Assembly: GCA_010015805.1 (NCBI GenBank)
Contig: ML978128.1
Coordinates: 310,001-374,000 of the forward strand
DNA length: 64,000 nt
From: Rhizodiscina lignyota
Lineage: Eukaryota
Reading direction: 5' to 3'
The notes beneath the pieces were generated by a model, which did no database searches, was not told the origin of the DNA, and was given only the letters and a program-made list of their open reading frames with translations. A program made the position numbers and the translations under genes. Positions 49,940 to 62,786 of this stretch are shown here, piece by piece. Position 1 is the first letter of the stretch; each line of letters starts with the position of its first letter.

Positions 49940-52358
49940 TTATCTGAAATTCATGCCAGGCAGCTGAAAGCCAAAGCCAGGAACCGCAGGCGGTACGCCT
50001 ACAGTGTTTGGCTCCGGTCTCAGTATTTGCGGCGACGCTTTTGCTCTAACTGGCTCCGGCGCCGGCTCGCGATACTGCGGCGCCTGATTCTCGTAATTTG
50101 CACGTCGTGGGGGATTCGACGGACGGTCATACCCATAACGATCCTGGGAGTGGTTGTTGCCTTGTGACGCACCACCGTGTCCGCGCGACTGGGCGGGAGC
50201 ACGATCTTGACGAACTGCGGCTCGTGTTTCGATACGACGCGAAATGGCTGGACGACGGGCTAAATGTCAGTAACGGTGTTGTTTGGCTTTGCAAGTGTTG
50301 CAAGAAGACTCACCCTTAGAACTCACGCCAGCGCCAATTTCAATATCCGGCTCCTCTACTACCATGCCCGCCTCGATGGGTCGTCCTCCAGTGCCACCAT
50401 ATTCAGCTGTCAACATCCAGCGCTTGTCAGCATCAGTTAGTGCGCTGATTGGCACAACGCTGACTCCCGTGCTGTAGTCGCTGCACTCGCGCGGGCCAAA
50501 GCCAACTCCCCATCTAGTCGAACGAGCCTTGGCAAGGATGTCCTGATTCTTCTCGACCTCCATGCCAGTCTTGGCAGCCATAGCGTCTGGGCGATTCACC
50601 ATCTTCACAAATGCATGCCTCTTTTCGTGATTTACGATGCAAGTCTGCACACTCCCGAAACGAGAGAAGATGTCGCGAATCTCATGTTCAGAACCGGAGA
50701 CGCCTCCTACGAAGAGTGTGCGGCTGAGCACTTTGATGTGACCTTTAGGCAAGTCGGGTTCAAACTTGATGTACTTAGGCTGCATCTGGCCCGCACCAGT
50801 GTTGTACTGCCTTGGGCTGGGAGGTCGATCAGCTTGTCTTCCTGGCGGACTTCGTCGATGGCCACGGTCACGACCACGACCTCCTCTTCCGCGTCGATCA
50901 AAGTCATTCGCACGAGTCGCTTCATTCTGAGCAGCCTCGGGATCATACACACCATATACTGGACTTTCACGCCTGTTTGGTGGAGTGACCCGGCGACGCT
51001 TATAATCAGGAGACCTGGAGCGCGTTCGTGGACGCTTAAAGTCATACTGATTGTCTGGGGTAGGTGCTGATGGCATAGCAGAACCGTTGTAACCTTGTCC
51101 AGGCGTCATACCTAGCATGGCGGGTGCCATAGATTGACTAGCAGCTCCTGGAATCGGTGGAGGAGGGGGGGCCTGCGGCAGACCAAGTGCAGCCACAACT
51201 TGCGCAATCTGTTCAGGTGGAAGTCCACTGGCAGCAAGAGTTGACAAGAACTGAAATTGTTGAGCAATGTCACCTTTCCAAGGCTCACCGGCCGCTAAAT
51301 TCGGTAGTGGTAATGCTTGAGCTGGCTGCAGCGCCGCAGCTGGAACACTGGAAGCCATTTGAGGCAGGGAAAGGGCTTGTAGCTGTAAGGCGAGGTTTGG
51401 AGCATTCGCGAAAGGAGCTGCAGGTTGAGTTTGTTGGACTGGCGGCTGAAGGGACACAGGAGCAGGCAGCTGGTACGCAGGATACGATGCCTGTGAGCTG
51501 GCAGCTGGTGTTACAGTGCTTACGTTCTGCGCAATAGCGCCATTCGATGCCGGTTGGGTCGCAATGTTGGAGTCTTGTCTAGGTGTGCCGTTCGAAGGAA
51601 ATGTCCGCATAGCTGAAGCAAGAGAAAAGTCAGACTGAGGTTCCTTACAATGAGATGAAGGCAAGGGGAATTTGCGCCTCTTACATTGAGTGGGTCCTTC
51701 TAGCCTCCTCTTGAAGTCACCGAGGATATCGGCAGGAAAAGTGCTTGCCTTTTCCCAGATGTCGATCAACTTGGCGATTTTATCCTAAGCAAGAAAAAGA
51801 AAGTGAGTATCAGAACCGAATAAAGAGCACGCAATGAGAATTGACAATGGATGGGCTGGTAGCTTATGGCGTAACAAGAGGCGAATCGAAAATGAACCCC
51901 GTTGATTGTGTGTGACGGATGTCCGCTTACCTTCTGGGTGGCCGGAGCGCTGACGATTAACTCATTCATCATGGTCGGAAGCACTGCTGTCATTTTGTGA
52001 ACGCCTGAAGCATATGTCCCTGGCGCAGCGGCGCTGCCTATCAAAGCCTGGCCTGTCTGACGGGCCTTCTCTATCCATTGCCGAGTCACTGAATCTACAA
52101 CATAGAGCACGCCGAGCTTATGTGTGGACGGGGCGGACCTGAAGTTGGCGACAATCTTTTCGACGATGGCGGAGTCGGACTGCAACAAGACATGTTAGGA
52201 GGTGATTCTTGAAGGGTCAGAGAGAGCGTGAATTGACTTACTCCTACGTTAGAAATGCAGATGGTGTTGATGGATTCGATCTTCGACTTGGCCACTCCGG
52301 GAGGCTTGAGCGCTTGCAAAGACTGCAGCAGCGTATCTAGTTCATCTACAGCGGCCAT
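49940..52358 (-). CDS. nrd1: Nrd1/Seb1-like CID + RRM RNA-binding termination factor
   Basis: CID (LKPPGVAKSKI..HKLGVLYVVDSVTR..LIDIWEK), RS region, RRM (IKVLSRTLFVGGV, RHAFVKM, RWGVGFGPREC, VEEPDIEIGAGVSSKAISRR); ends VPGFGFQLPGMNFR. Four introns. Confidence 0.95.
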
Positions 52359-53342
52359 GGCTCCCGGTCCGGGTGAAGTTGAGGTAGATGAGAAGTTGGT
52401 GACGAATCTTAGAAAAGGGTTACGCGAGTGGCGAAAAGTGCGTCAGGGTGACCCTTCAAACCAAAAGTGAGAGCAATGCTAACGGTGTACTTTACGATCT
52501 AGAAGGAGGAAAGCTGCAGTGGCTGCCTGGGACTCTTTACTTTGAGGGTTCAAAGGAGTGGAAGGCGTGCAGTGCTCAACTGTCAACCTGCTTGAGTGAA
52601 GAGTGAAGAGTGCAGAAAGCGCGATCACTTTGGTGGCTACGCGATGCTCGGCAGCTACGAAGGAGTGAGAGTGCGGTGCTTGAATAGCTCTGGCGACGTG
52701 CAGATCAGGATGGCGACGGGATTATATGGGATTATGTACCACTTGAGCCTCGGAAGAGAGCGGTGGGTGGTGGTGAGGGTGAGGGTGAGAGCGAAAGGTG
52801 TCGCGGCCGCAGAGCGCTGTTAATGTTTCAGAGGCCCAGGCTTGGCGGCGGGCCCGGCAAAACCTGATCTTCCTCGGGCTGAGAACCGCCTCGGTGCTGT
52901 GGCGCATGAGGACTCCTGTTGAAGAGCTCCAGCCACTCGCTAAAGAAAGGGTGAGTCTGGCAGGAGCACGTTGCACGGCCGCGCCTGTGGCTCGCGGTGG
53001 CGCGCCGGCGAGGCCAAAAAGTGGTCGACTCAAAAAATTGACTGCGGAGTCCGAGACAAGCCCGCGCCTCGTGGAGCCTCTGCTCGCCCGTCCCTATGGC
53101 GGCCGGGATCGGTGAATGTCGTACTGAGCACTGGCGGCTCCGATGGATGAGGATGAGGTCAGAGCGTCGTCTTGTGCAGCTCCGTGCGCGCGCTCAAGTG
53201 CTTTTTTCTGCAGCTCCACGCAACACACTGTCCTTTGCATCTTCTCCTACCCCATTGTCCTCCGAGCGAAAAGCGACTGCAGCTTCTTTTAATCCGTTCC
53301 TCTTCACCTCGCTCCTTTCATCATCCATTCTGTACTTCTACA

Positions 53343-55046
53343 ATGGCCACTGCCGTGCGATTGGGCTCCTCCGCCCTCCGTTCTTCCTTCACAGCGTCTG
53401 CAGCTGCTCCGTGGAGAGCTGTCGCCTTCAATGGCGTTCGCGCATACTCCTCCGGCAAGACCACTGTCAGTAGACATTAAGCACATTAGATCTGTAGGAC
53501 AACTATCTGACACACTACTTGCACAGTCCCTGAAGGACACCTTCGCCGCAAAGCTCCCTGAGGAGCAGGAGAAGATGAAGAAGCTCCGCAAGTCCGTCTC
53601 GACGCGCCAATATCCATTCCGCCTTCTAACAGCCGCATCACAGGGAGTACGGTAGCAAGGTCATCGGCGAGGTCACATTAGATCAAGTCTACGGTGGTGC
53701 GCGTGGCATCAAGTCATTGGTTTGGGAGGTTCGTGGAGCTCCCGGACTGCTCGGAGGTGCTTTTCTGACTGAGCATATAGGGATCTGTCCTCGACTCTGA
53801 GGAGGGTATCCGCTTCCGTGGCAAGACTGTAAGTATCATATCGCCTCTGAATTGGACCTGGAATTGCAATTGACCTCAAGACAGATCCCAGAATGCCAGC
53901 AGCTCCTCCCCAAAGCTCCTGGTGGCCAGGAGCCTCTGCCAGAAGGTCCGACAATTTCTGATGCTCATACAAACAATACAATGTCTAATGCGTAAAACAG
54001 GTCTCTTCTGGCTCCTTCTTACCGGCGAGGTCCCATCTGAGCAGCAAGTCCGTGACCTGTCTGCCGACTGGGCAGCCCGCTCCGCCGTCCCCAAATATGT
54101 TGAAGAGCTCATTGACCGCTGCCCCAACGACATGCACCCAATGGCGCAGTTCAGCATTGCCGTCACCGCTCTCGAGCACGAGTCTGCATTCGCAAAGGCG
54201 TACGCCAAGGGCATGCACAAGTCGACGTACTGGGAGCACACCTTCGAGGACAGCATGGACCTGATTGCCAAGCTCCCCACAATTGCCGCTAAGATCTACA
54301 GGAACGTCTACAAGGACGGCAAGGTCCCAGCAGTCGAGAAGGACAAGGATTACGGCTACAACTTGGCTAACCAGCTCGGCTTCGCTGAGAACGGCGACTT
54401 TGTTGAGCTGATGCGCCTCTACCTCACCATCCACTCTGACCACGAGGGTGGCAACGTCTCTGCCCACACCACTCACCTGGTCGGCAGCGCTCTCTCCTCC
54501 CCCATGCTCTCCCTTGCTGCCGGTCTGAACGGTCTGGCTGGTCCTCTCCACGGCCTTGCCAACCAGGAGGTGCTCGTCTGGCTCCAGAAGATGAAGAAGG
54601 CCATTGGCAACGATCTCTCTGACCAGGCCATCAAGGACTACCTGTGGAGCACCCTCAAGGCCGGCCAAGTCGTGCCCGGCTATGGTCATGCCGTCCTCCG
54701 CAAGACCGACCCTCGCTACGTCTCCCAGCGCGAGTTTGCGCAGAAGCACCTCCCCGACGACCCGATGTTCAAGCTCGTCAGCCAAGTCTACAAGATCGCA
54801 CCTGGCGTCCTCACCGAGCACGGCAAGACCAAGAACCCCTACCCCAACGTCGACGCGCACTCCGGTGTCCTCCTGCAGTACTACGGCCTCACCGAGCAGA
54901 ACTACTACACCGTCCTCTTCGGCGTGTCTCGCGCGCTCGGTGTCTTGCCGCAGCTCATCATCGACCGCGCCATGGGCATGCCGATCGAGCGCCCCAAGTC
55001 CTTCTCTACTGAGGCGTATGCCAAGCTTGTTGGCGCTACTCTGTAA
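53343..55046 (+). CDS. cit1: Mitochondrial citrate synthase
   Basis: R/S/A-rich presequence; [56 protein letters not shown]. Five introns between 53466 and 54000. Confidence 0.97.
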
Positions 55047-56207
55047 ACGCATCGCGGTGTTCTTCTGGGAAGGAGTCGCGAGACGAGTGCAGCTGGGATT
55101 ATGAGACGAGGGTTTGATGCGCAGCTTCACGTGTACACATATGGCTAGGGAATCTCGGTGGGCAAAAGAGATGTGTTCGTCTCAAAACTGGTGACGTAGG
55201 GATTAGACTGCCAACTCGTACAGATTTGGGTTTTGCTTGTCTGTCTAACTAGCTTCACAGCACACTTTTCCTATCTGCCTCATTACTCTTTTGTAATTTT
55301 GCTAGCGTGTCTTATGTAGCAATTGACGCCGTTTGAAAGTCGAACTCGAATGCAAATGTATACAAATTTTTATCGCCAAGTCCGACTGCCTGATGACGGA
55401 CAGTTCAAAGTGCGCAGGGTCAGCTTTAGCGCAGCCGGCCTCACGTTCCTGGCAGCGTTGGGCTGAACGCACAGAACATGACGCCCTTGTCCCTGCGCTT
55501 CCCAAAAAAAGGTGGACAATAAAATTTTGGGGAGCCGAGGAGCCTCAACAAGCTCGTCAACTGCACGTCGACCCGGCTCAACTGCGTGGTTGAATAGGTA
55601 CAGAGGTACACAATCGCGACACTGAGCACCAACGGTTCACCCTACCCTCCGAGCACACGGTTGAGTCTATAGAGAATTCATAGGTAGCAGCGATTCTTCG
55701 TCTCATCAGCCACAGCTAGAGATCCAGCGAGTCGGACGATCGTCATCAGCCGCATTTCGCCTCGGATACGCTAGCGAACCAACTCCACCACGCCTGCGAA
55801 CCCTCGCCAAAAGGAAAAACCGCCCAACTCGAAAAAGCAACGTCCGATAATCGACATCTGCTCATTCTTCGGGAGACACGAGCCACAGCAATCTCAAATC
55901 CTTTATCCGAACAGCAGCCTAGCCGCCCGCTCGGGGAAGAGAGACAGAGACTGCAGGCTCCGGCGCAGAACACAGCACGCATCGCCCATCTCCATCGCGT
56001 CTGACCGCCGAAAGCACCCTACGGGCCTAGCCTCTAACCACACACCCCTACCGTCTAAAACTTCCCCCCGACAGCTTTTTTTATTTCGACCATTTAACTT
56101 ACCTCTCCACTCCTCCTCTCTCTCCTCCATCACATTGCATTCCCCTTGCGAAGAAGCAGCCTACTTCCCTTGGTCAGGGCCCCTTTTCCAGCAACCTCGC
56201 GTCCCCA

Positions 56208-57516
56208 ATGTCGTCAACCGCCGCACAGATGGGCGCCACTACGGTGCCCGCGCCCAAGCTTGAGAAGAAGCCCGTCAAGTTCAGCAATTTGCTGCTTGGT
56301 GCGGGTCTGAACATGTTCGAGTAAGTGCAGCTCTTCGAAAGAACTGGTAGTTTATTAGGGTAGAGAGCTGATGAGCTGCGTTGAACAGAGTGACAACTCT
56401 CGGCCAGGTACGACCTCTCCTTGCGAGTCTACGAGGTGGTGGGGATATCTGGAGGATAAATTGATGCTAATATTGCGGTGGACATGCAGCCCCTTGAGGT
56501 CACCAAGACAACAATGGCCGCGAACAGGTCAGACGGCTTCGCTGGCGCCATAACGCGGATCTGGGGTCGCGGTGGTGTGCTTGGATGTGCGTCCCCTCCA
56601 ATCTGGCTCCATCTCACAAAATTTCATGAAAACTAACTTCTCCTCTCAGTCTATCAGGGCCTGATCCCATGGGTACGTCCCTCATCCAAGCCTCGGCTCT
56701 AACCTCCCACCCCCCTATCCACCCATCCCTAACAAACAAACGCAGGCCTGGATCGAAGCCTCCACCAAAGGCGCCGTCCTCCTCTTCGTCGCCTCCGAGG
56801 CCGAATACTACGCCCGCGCCGCCGGCGCCTCTAGCTTCGTCAGCGGCATCTCGGGCGGCATGGCGGGCGGTCTCGCGCAGGCGTACGCGACCATGGGCTT
56901 CTGCACGTGCATGAAGACGGTCGAGATCACGCGGCACAAGGCGGCGGCGAGCGGCGCGCGCGTGCCCGGCGCGATGGAGACGTTCATGAACATCTACCGC
57001 GCCGAGGGCATCAAGGGCATCAACAAGGGCGTCAACGCCGTCGCCATCCGCCAGGTGACGAACTGGGGCAGCAGGTTCGGCCTGTCGCGCGTTGCCGAGA
57101 CGAGCATCAGGAACATGACTGGCAAGGAGGCGGGCGAGAAGCTGAGCGTGCTGGAGAAGATCACCGCGAGCGCGATCGGCGGTGGCCTGAGCGCGTGGAA
57201 CCAGCCGATCGAGGTTATTAGAGTCGAGATGCAGAGCAAGACGGACGACCCGAATCGCCCGAAGAAGATGACCGTAGGCTCGGCCGCCAGGTACATCTAT
57301 CAGTCGAACGGGCTCAAGGGCTTGTACAGGGGCGTTACGCCGCGTATTGCGCTGGGCGTTTGGCAGACGGTTTGCATGGTTGCGCTTGGTGATGTGTAAG
57401 TTTTCCACTTTCTTATTTCGCGGCGCGTGTGAAAAGGGATCGAGGCTGACGATTTGGACAGTGCAAAGGATTTTGTCGAAAAGGTTACCGGCGAAACAGT
57501 CACGGCGAAGCACTGA
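56208..57516 (+). CDS. yhm2: Mitochondrial citrate/2-oxoglutarate carrier Yhm2
   Basis: FSNLLLGAGLNMFEVTTLGQPLEV.KT, QGLIPWAWIEASTKG, CTCMKTVE, RQVTNWGSRFG, NQPIEVIRVEMQS. Six exons including 20- and 23-nt micro-exons (56389-56408, 56650-56672). Confidence 0.96.
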
Positions 57517-58002
57517 AGCGGCGCTATTCGGGAATTTATAGAGCGGGCAACGGCAATTTCCTTCTTCTTGGGTTTCATTCCATGTCTTCGGGTTTCAGTG
57601 GAATCGTGCAGGTTCTAGACAATAGAGCTATTTAATGCAACACATTTGATTCCATCATGATTTCGTAACATGACCCGTGTTGCCGCTTCTCGGTTCCTGG
57701 TTATATAGCGCGAGGCAAACACAGGAGCTGGACGTGGGCAAAAGAGTCCAGTCCATCAACTCCGACCATTTCGTCACCGCAGGGGAGAGTTACGAACGAG
57801 CCTATTTTACGGTCCTTCACGTACCCTCCACTGAAGCCGTCGTAGGAACGAGATAATCCGAGTTACAGTGCCATTAATTAATACAATAAGCAACTGGTTG
57901 TCAACCGTCAATTCGATGACCTGATCTAAGGGGGCGACCGATTTAACTGCAGAATATCATCAGCCGCTAATCACTCACTCGTACTGAATAATTGAAATCT
58001 AA

Positions 58003-61000
58003 TCAATCGACTCCGTTATCTGACATACTACTTAATCCAGTACTACCATACATTGACTGTACTTCCGTAAAATTAACTACATCCAAAGTACGACGCTCAG
58101 GACGATATCTCCTTATCTCTTCACTGCACTCCGAGGGATGTCCACTATGGGCTGCTAGTATTTCAGCATGATCAAGAACATCGTCCCAGAGCCAAGGACG
58201 AGACTTTCTGCCTTCAAGAAGCTCGCGCAATGTTTCCGAGTGACCATTTCTCGCCGCGAGTTCCAATGCCGTCAAGCCATCCGCTGACTTCAGATTGTCC
58301 CACTGGTCGATGGCTAGAGCGTCTGGACCCGATGCGGACTCGAGACGTAGACCTTCGGACATAGATTTGATCACCCTTTCCAAACCGAGCTGGGCGGCAA
58401 CACATAAGGCTGGCTCTTGGTGCTCAAAGTCCCGGCCTCCGATGGGACTGTGGGCAGGTATCGCGTGCGCAAAGCTTTCACCTGCAGGGAATGCAGCCTC
58501 GATGAGGAGCTTTGCATTGTTGAAGAAGTTTTGCCTGTACCCCTCCCGGGAATTTTCCAGAGCAAAACATTTGAAGAGGGCATTCCCAAAATCACTCTCT
58601 TTCAGTAGCTGCGTTCGTGCTTCTCGTACTTCTCGTACGTATGTACGCAGTGAAGTTGTGATTAGTCCGCTTCCTTTCACAAGATCTGCCAACATCAACT
58701 CGATCCATATTATCGCCGAGAGCTTGAAATGCCCTAACTCTGCCGCCAGAAGGACCAGAAACCTCAGATAATCTGCCCTGAAGGCATATCTATCCGAGTC
58801 GATTAGAGCAGCCGCCGCTTCGTCGTATCCCAGCAAAATCGAACCAAGAGCGGTGACATGGTAAAGATCGCCCAGCACTAGTTCATGTGTTGTGCTGTCT
58901 TGCAATAAGAGGGCCTCAATGAGCGGAGGGATCCAGAGAGATGCAGCATCCGCCATTTTAGGGATGTTATCACCCCTATCCCACCATGTTTCCCAGTACG
59001 GGAAGCGAGGGTCGTCACCGATGGCCTTCCGCAAGCTTAGCCATATAACGCTACGATCATCCACACGGTAGGCTTTGAACAGTTGTCCTATGATGCAGGA
59101 ACGCACCTTGGGAGTTGGGCTCAAGCTCGCCCCTCGCACGAGAAGGTCGGCTTCGGCATCGAAGGCCTGCGGACCCCGGAAATGGAAAATAGTGTTGACC
59201 ACGTCCCAGCAGCTAGCACTATTCCCAAATAATAAATCTTTGTCTATATATGCCCAACCTCGACCATATTGATTATCGCTGAGAGCGTACGCCTCTGCAA
59301 ATAGAGCCAGGAAATTAGCGTTTTCTTGGCCAAAGCTCCACAGGCACATATTCTCCAGGAAGAGCTTCTTCGAAAGTCGGGAGCTGCACCATGGATAGAT
59401 GTTTTGACTGAAGTTGCGCTCTAACGTGACTCTACGAAGCTTCCTCCATGAGGCATCATCCGACAACTCCGACAACTTGAGATATCCAGCGTGAGAAGCC
59501 CAGTGAGCAGACATATAATTCCACAAAGGGAAATCGAAGTCCTGACGTGGCATTTTAGTGTTGGTGGCATTGACGGTATTTAGATTGATCTGTACGCTGG
59601 CAGACTTGCTGAACTTCGACGCCACCGACTGCCCAATTTTGTGAAGCGGTGAACCAGATGGAAGCCTTGCCAATGCAGTGGCGGTCAGGGCTTTCGAATC
59701 GACAAGGACAGGATTCTCTTCCCTCTTGGCAAGCGTGGTCTCGAAATCGGCAAAGCAGAGATATGAGACACATCTTTTCCCAATTTCCGTCTCGACTTCG
59801 TCTCGGTCAAGTGCTACTCTTCGAACAGATGTAGCGGCCGGGGCTGCTGGATCCAGTGAATCTACGTACTGCAACGCTGTGAAGAGGAATTGAGGAACGG
59901 AATGATGGGCGAAGTTGACAGTTCCATCAGTAGGATCATGGACAACGAGACTGCCACAAGTATCCAGGAGCCGTTGGCCATTTGAAGGAATGGCACTTCG
60001 GTTGAGCCGTTCATCGTGCTTGTCTATCGCGACTGCTTCGCAGAGTTCGTTTAATTTTAGCGGGCGCCTTGCCGTCGATAGCCATTCAAATACCCTGCGC
60101 GCGGTTTCAACCTTTCGCTCGCCTCCGGTAGACGTGTAGCGCTTCTCCGCAATACGGGCATACATCGACTTTATATCTCTCGGCAGATTGCACAGTGCCT
60201 CTTGAATGCCTTCGTCTGATACCGCTTCGCAGATCTCCTCAATTTGAAATCTGGCAAGCAGAAACCTACGTCAGAGTTAGTTCTGCACAAGACAACATGT
60301 GTTTCTGGAATTGGGACAGCCTCACATATCAGCAGTACCACTTGATAGATCGTCAATGATGACTTGTTTCAGGCTTGCGTCTCCGATGTCTAAATTGCCA
60401 GCCTTTATCTTCGATTCGACCGACTCTTGGACAAATCGACGAACGTCTTGGCCTACATGCTCCGGAGTTATGCTAAGAGATGGGTTCTCGAATGCCTTTC
60501 GTATTTTGAGCTTTTCGCTTCGACAGAATACCATGACTTTAGCAGCTTCACAAGAGCTATCATGTAGGCTCTTCTCGAACTCGATAACTCTGTCTTGCGT
60601 AAGGTGATCCAGCTCATCTACTCCGTCGATAACGAAAAGGACGTTTTTGAAGTGAGCGAGCGATTTGAGAAGAATTTCTTGCAGATCATCGGCTAATGGT
60701 ATCGAACGCGCATTATCGCAGATGTCCGCAAGAGTTGACAATATATCAGGTGGAATCTCAATTCGGTTGAGCAATTGCTGGGCCAGGCTACCAAAAATGG
60801 CGGGTGCCTCAAGAGAAGCCCGTTCCGAATAATCGCAGTAGTGATAGCACACAGCTGATTCAAGATCCTGATAGAATGGTGTCATCTTATCAATGACAAA
60901 TGAAGCAAGAATGGTTTTTCCTGATCCAGGGATGCCATAACATGCAAATGAGCCTGAATCGTCACTTTCGACCCATGACCGGAAGTCTTTATGTTCAGTG

Positions 61001-61948
61001 AACCAGCTACCAGTTCCTTCGAGTCGAAGCTTTTGCTGCTTTCGATGTTGTGATCGGTAGTCTAGGCTTGACAGTGTCCTTAGAAGCTGTCTGCGTCTGT
61101 CAGCCTTTTTACTCTGCTCCTGAAGATCACGACTTGCAAGCACCAGTGCTTGCGTCTTACGATCTTCAATCATGTGCGCGACCTCAGCCTCTTTGTGTAC
61201 GGTTTTTGAATGGATACGAAATACGTCGATGAGTTCGTCGAATCGTTGGTCAAAGGGCTTCCAGTATTGCTTGATATTGGAGGAAAATGGTACTGGTATT
61301 CGACTTAGTTCCATTCCCCGGTGACTAAGAGAAGAACGTACTAGCAGATTTCTTCGGCAATGTCAAGAACATCTTCTTGGCTTCATTGCAGAATTTCAAG
61401 ATGTCCAAGTATGCATTAGAAAGAGCAGCAAGTACACGCTCATGCTCTGCAAATAACCGTTCGAACATGGCATACCGTGGGAGGACCTCGCCAATACGAG
61501 CGAACATATCCAGCAGCTTATCGTAGTATTTGCCATACGATTGTGCGAGCTGGCGAGTATATGGTCAGCTGTCTAAGGCATAGAAACACTGCTGTCTAAG
61601 TTTCGTCGTCCAATATGGTGAAAGAAGCGTACGCCGTACCTGAAGCACAACTCTAAGGCTGCCCCAAAGCGGGCAGAGATACATTGAAGCAGCGTTAGTC
61701 AAGACATCCATAGCTTTGCCATATTCTTCCAGAGCAGTGGTGAAGGGCGCAAGTCGCTTCTGGAGTGCCCTAGTTTTGCTGCCCCTCTCATGTCCACTGA
61801 ATGCAACGCTTGCGGAGTAAAAGACGTTCTCGGCTGTAGCATTCTCGAATTGCTGTTTCTGTTCGTCGGACAGGCCCTCTATGAAGCGGGCCCTCGCAGC
61901 CTCCCATGGTCTCGTCGGGATTGAGATGCTCGTACGGATGTCCGCCAT
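58003..61948 (-). CDS. Fungal NLR-like STAND protein: helical N-terminal domain, NACHT, winged helix, degenerate ankyrin repeats
   Basis: N-terminal PLWGSLRVVLQ..IGEVLPRY; LEGTGSWF; Walker A GIPGSGKT; Walker B FVIDGVDE; MFLLARFQ; RPLKLNELCEAV; FAHHSVPQFL; ankyrin-like GLTALELAARNGH. Introns 61550-61639, 61293-61341 and 60266-60325. Confidence 0.92.
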
Positions 61949-62786
61949 GCCGACACGTCTTGATGCTGGACCAGATGGAGACGACTTGTTCGACGCGTTA
62001 GGAACTCGACATCGTGAGCGGCGCCCAGGTTAGTGAGCATATCTTCAATGCTTGCCAGCTGCTCAGGCAGCAAGACAAGCTATATATGCTGCTGCTCGCA
62101 AGGCTGAGGCTGAGCTAGAAGACTTCGCCGGGCCAATATCTTCTAATTGGGCGCCATTTGCTCCAGGGTGCGGCCACCCGTTGGGCTACCGTATCCTATC
62201 AATTCATTGAGAACAAGTATCGTGACTTGATTTGCGTGCCTCCGCGCTTTTTATCTAGGTAGGTTGAAGAAGAGGATTCAAGTTCACTGCACTCCCGAAT
62301 TCGGACAACCTGCAACCTCCACTGAGGAAGTCACGTAAAATGTGATCACGTGAGCACCTTCGGAGCTGGAGTACATCTGTACAGTGCAGAAAGTCGCTCT
62401 AATTGATGTCTACATCTCGTCTCAGAATAAAAGTCTAATGTCTATGGTATAATCCCGCTAATCCAATGAACGCCAGCTCCAGAACCGACCAACGCCAATT
62501 TTTCCATTCCAGCCCAGCGTTAATCCTCATTACACACATTATCCGGTCTCAATCCGTACAAGCAGCCTCATCTATCTCCTAAGTTACCATCGGATTGAGC
62601 TCTAGAGGCGCTGTAGTCGGGTCCAGCTTGCATCAGATAGCGGCTGTATGATAAGGTCGCTCTCGATCGCGTTACGCCCGGTGCCCACCCAGTGGTTCCT
62701 CAATCCGTCAATAGCGGTCTATTTTAAAGCCTTAGTCAATCCCGCGCCATTTTAAATCACCAGTTCGTCTCAAGCTTCCTCTTCAT

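Noticed and set aside
53985..55130. 381-aa antisense ORF over cit1 (likewise 56614-57513 over yhm2 and 1427-2266)
   Set aside because: These are shadow ORFs caused by codon bias on the true coding strand.
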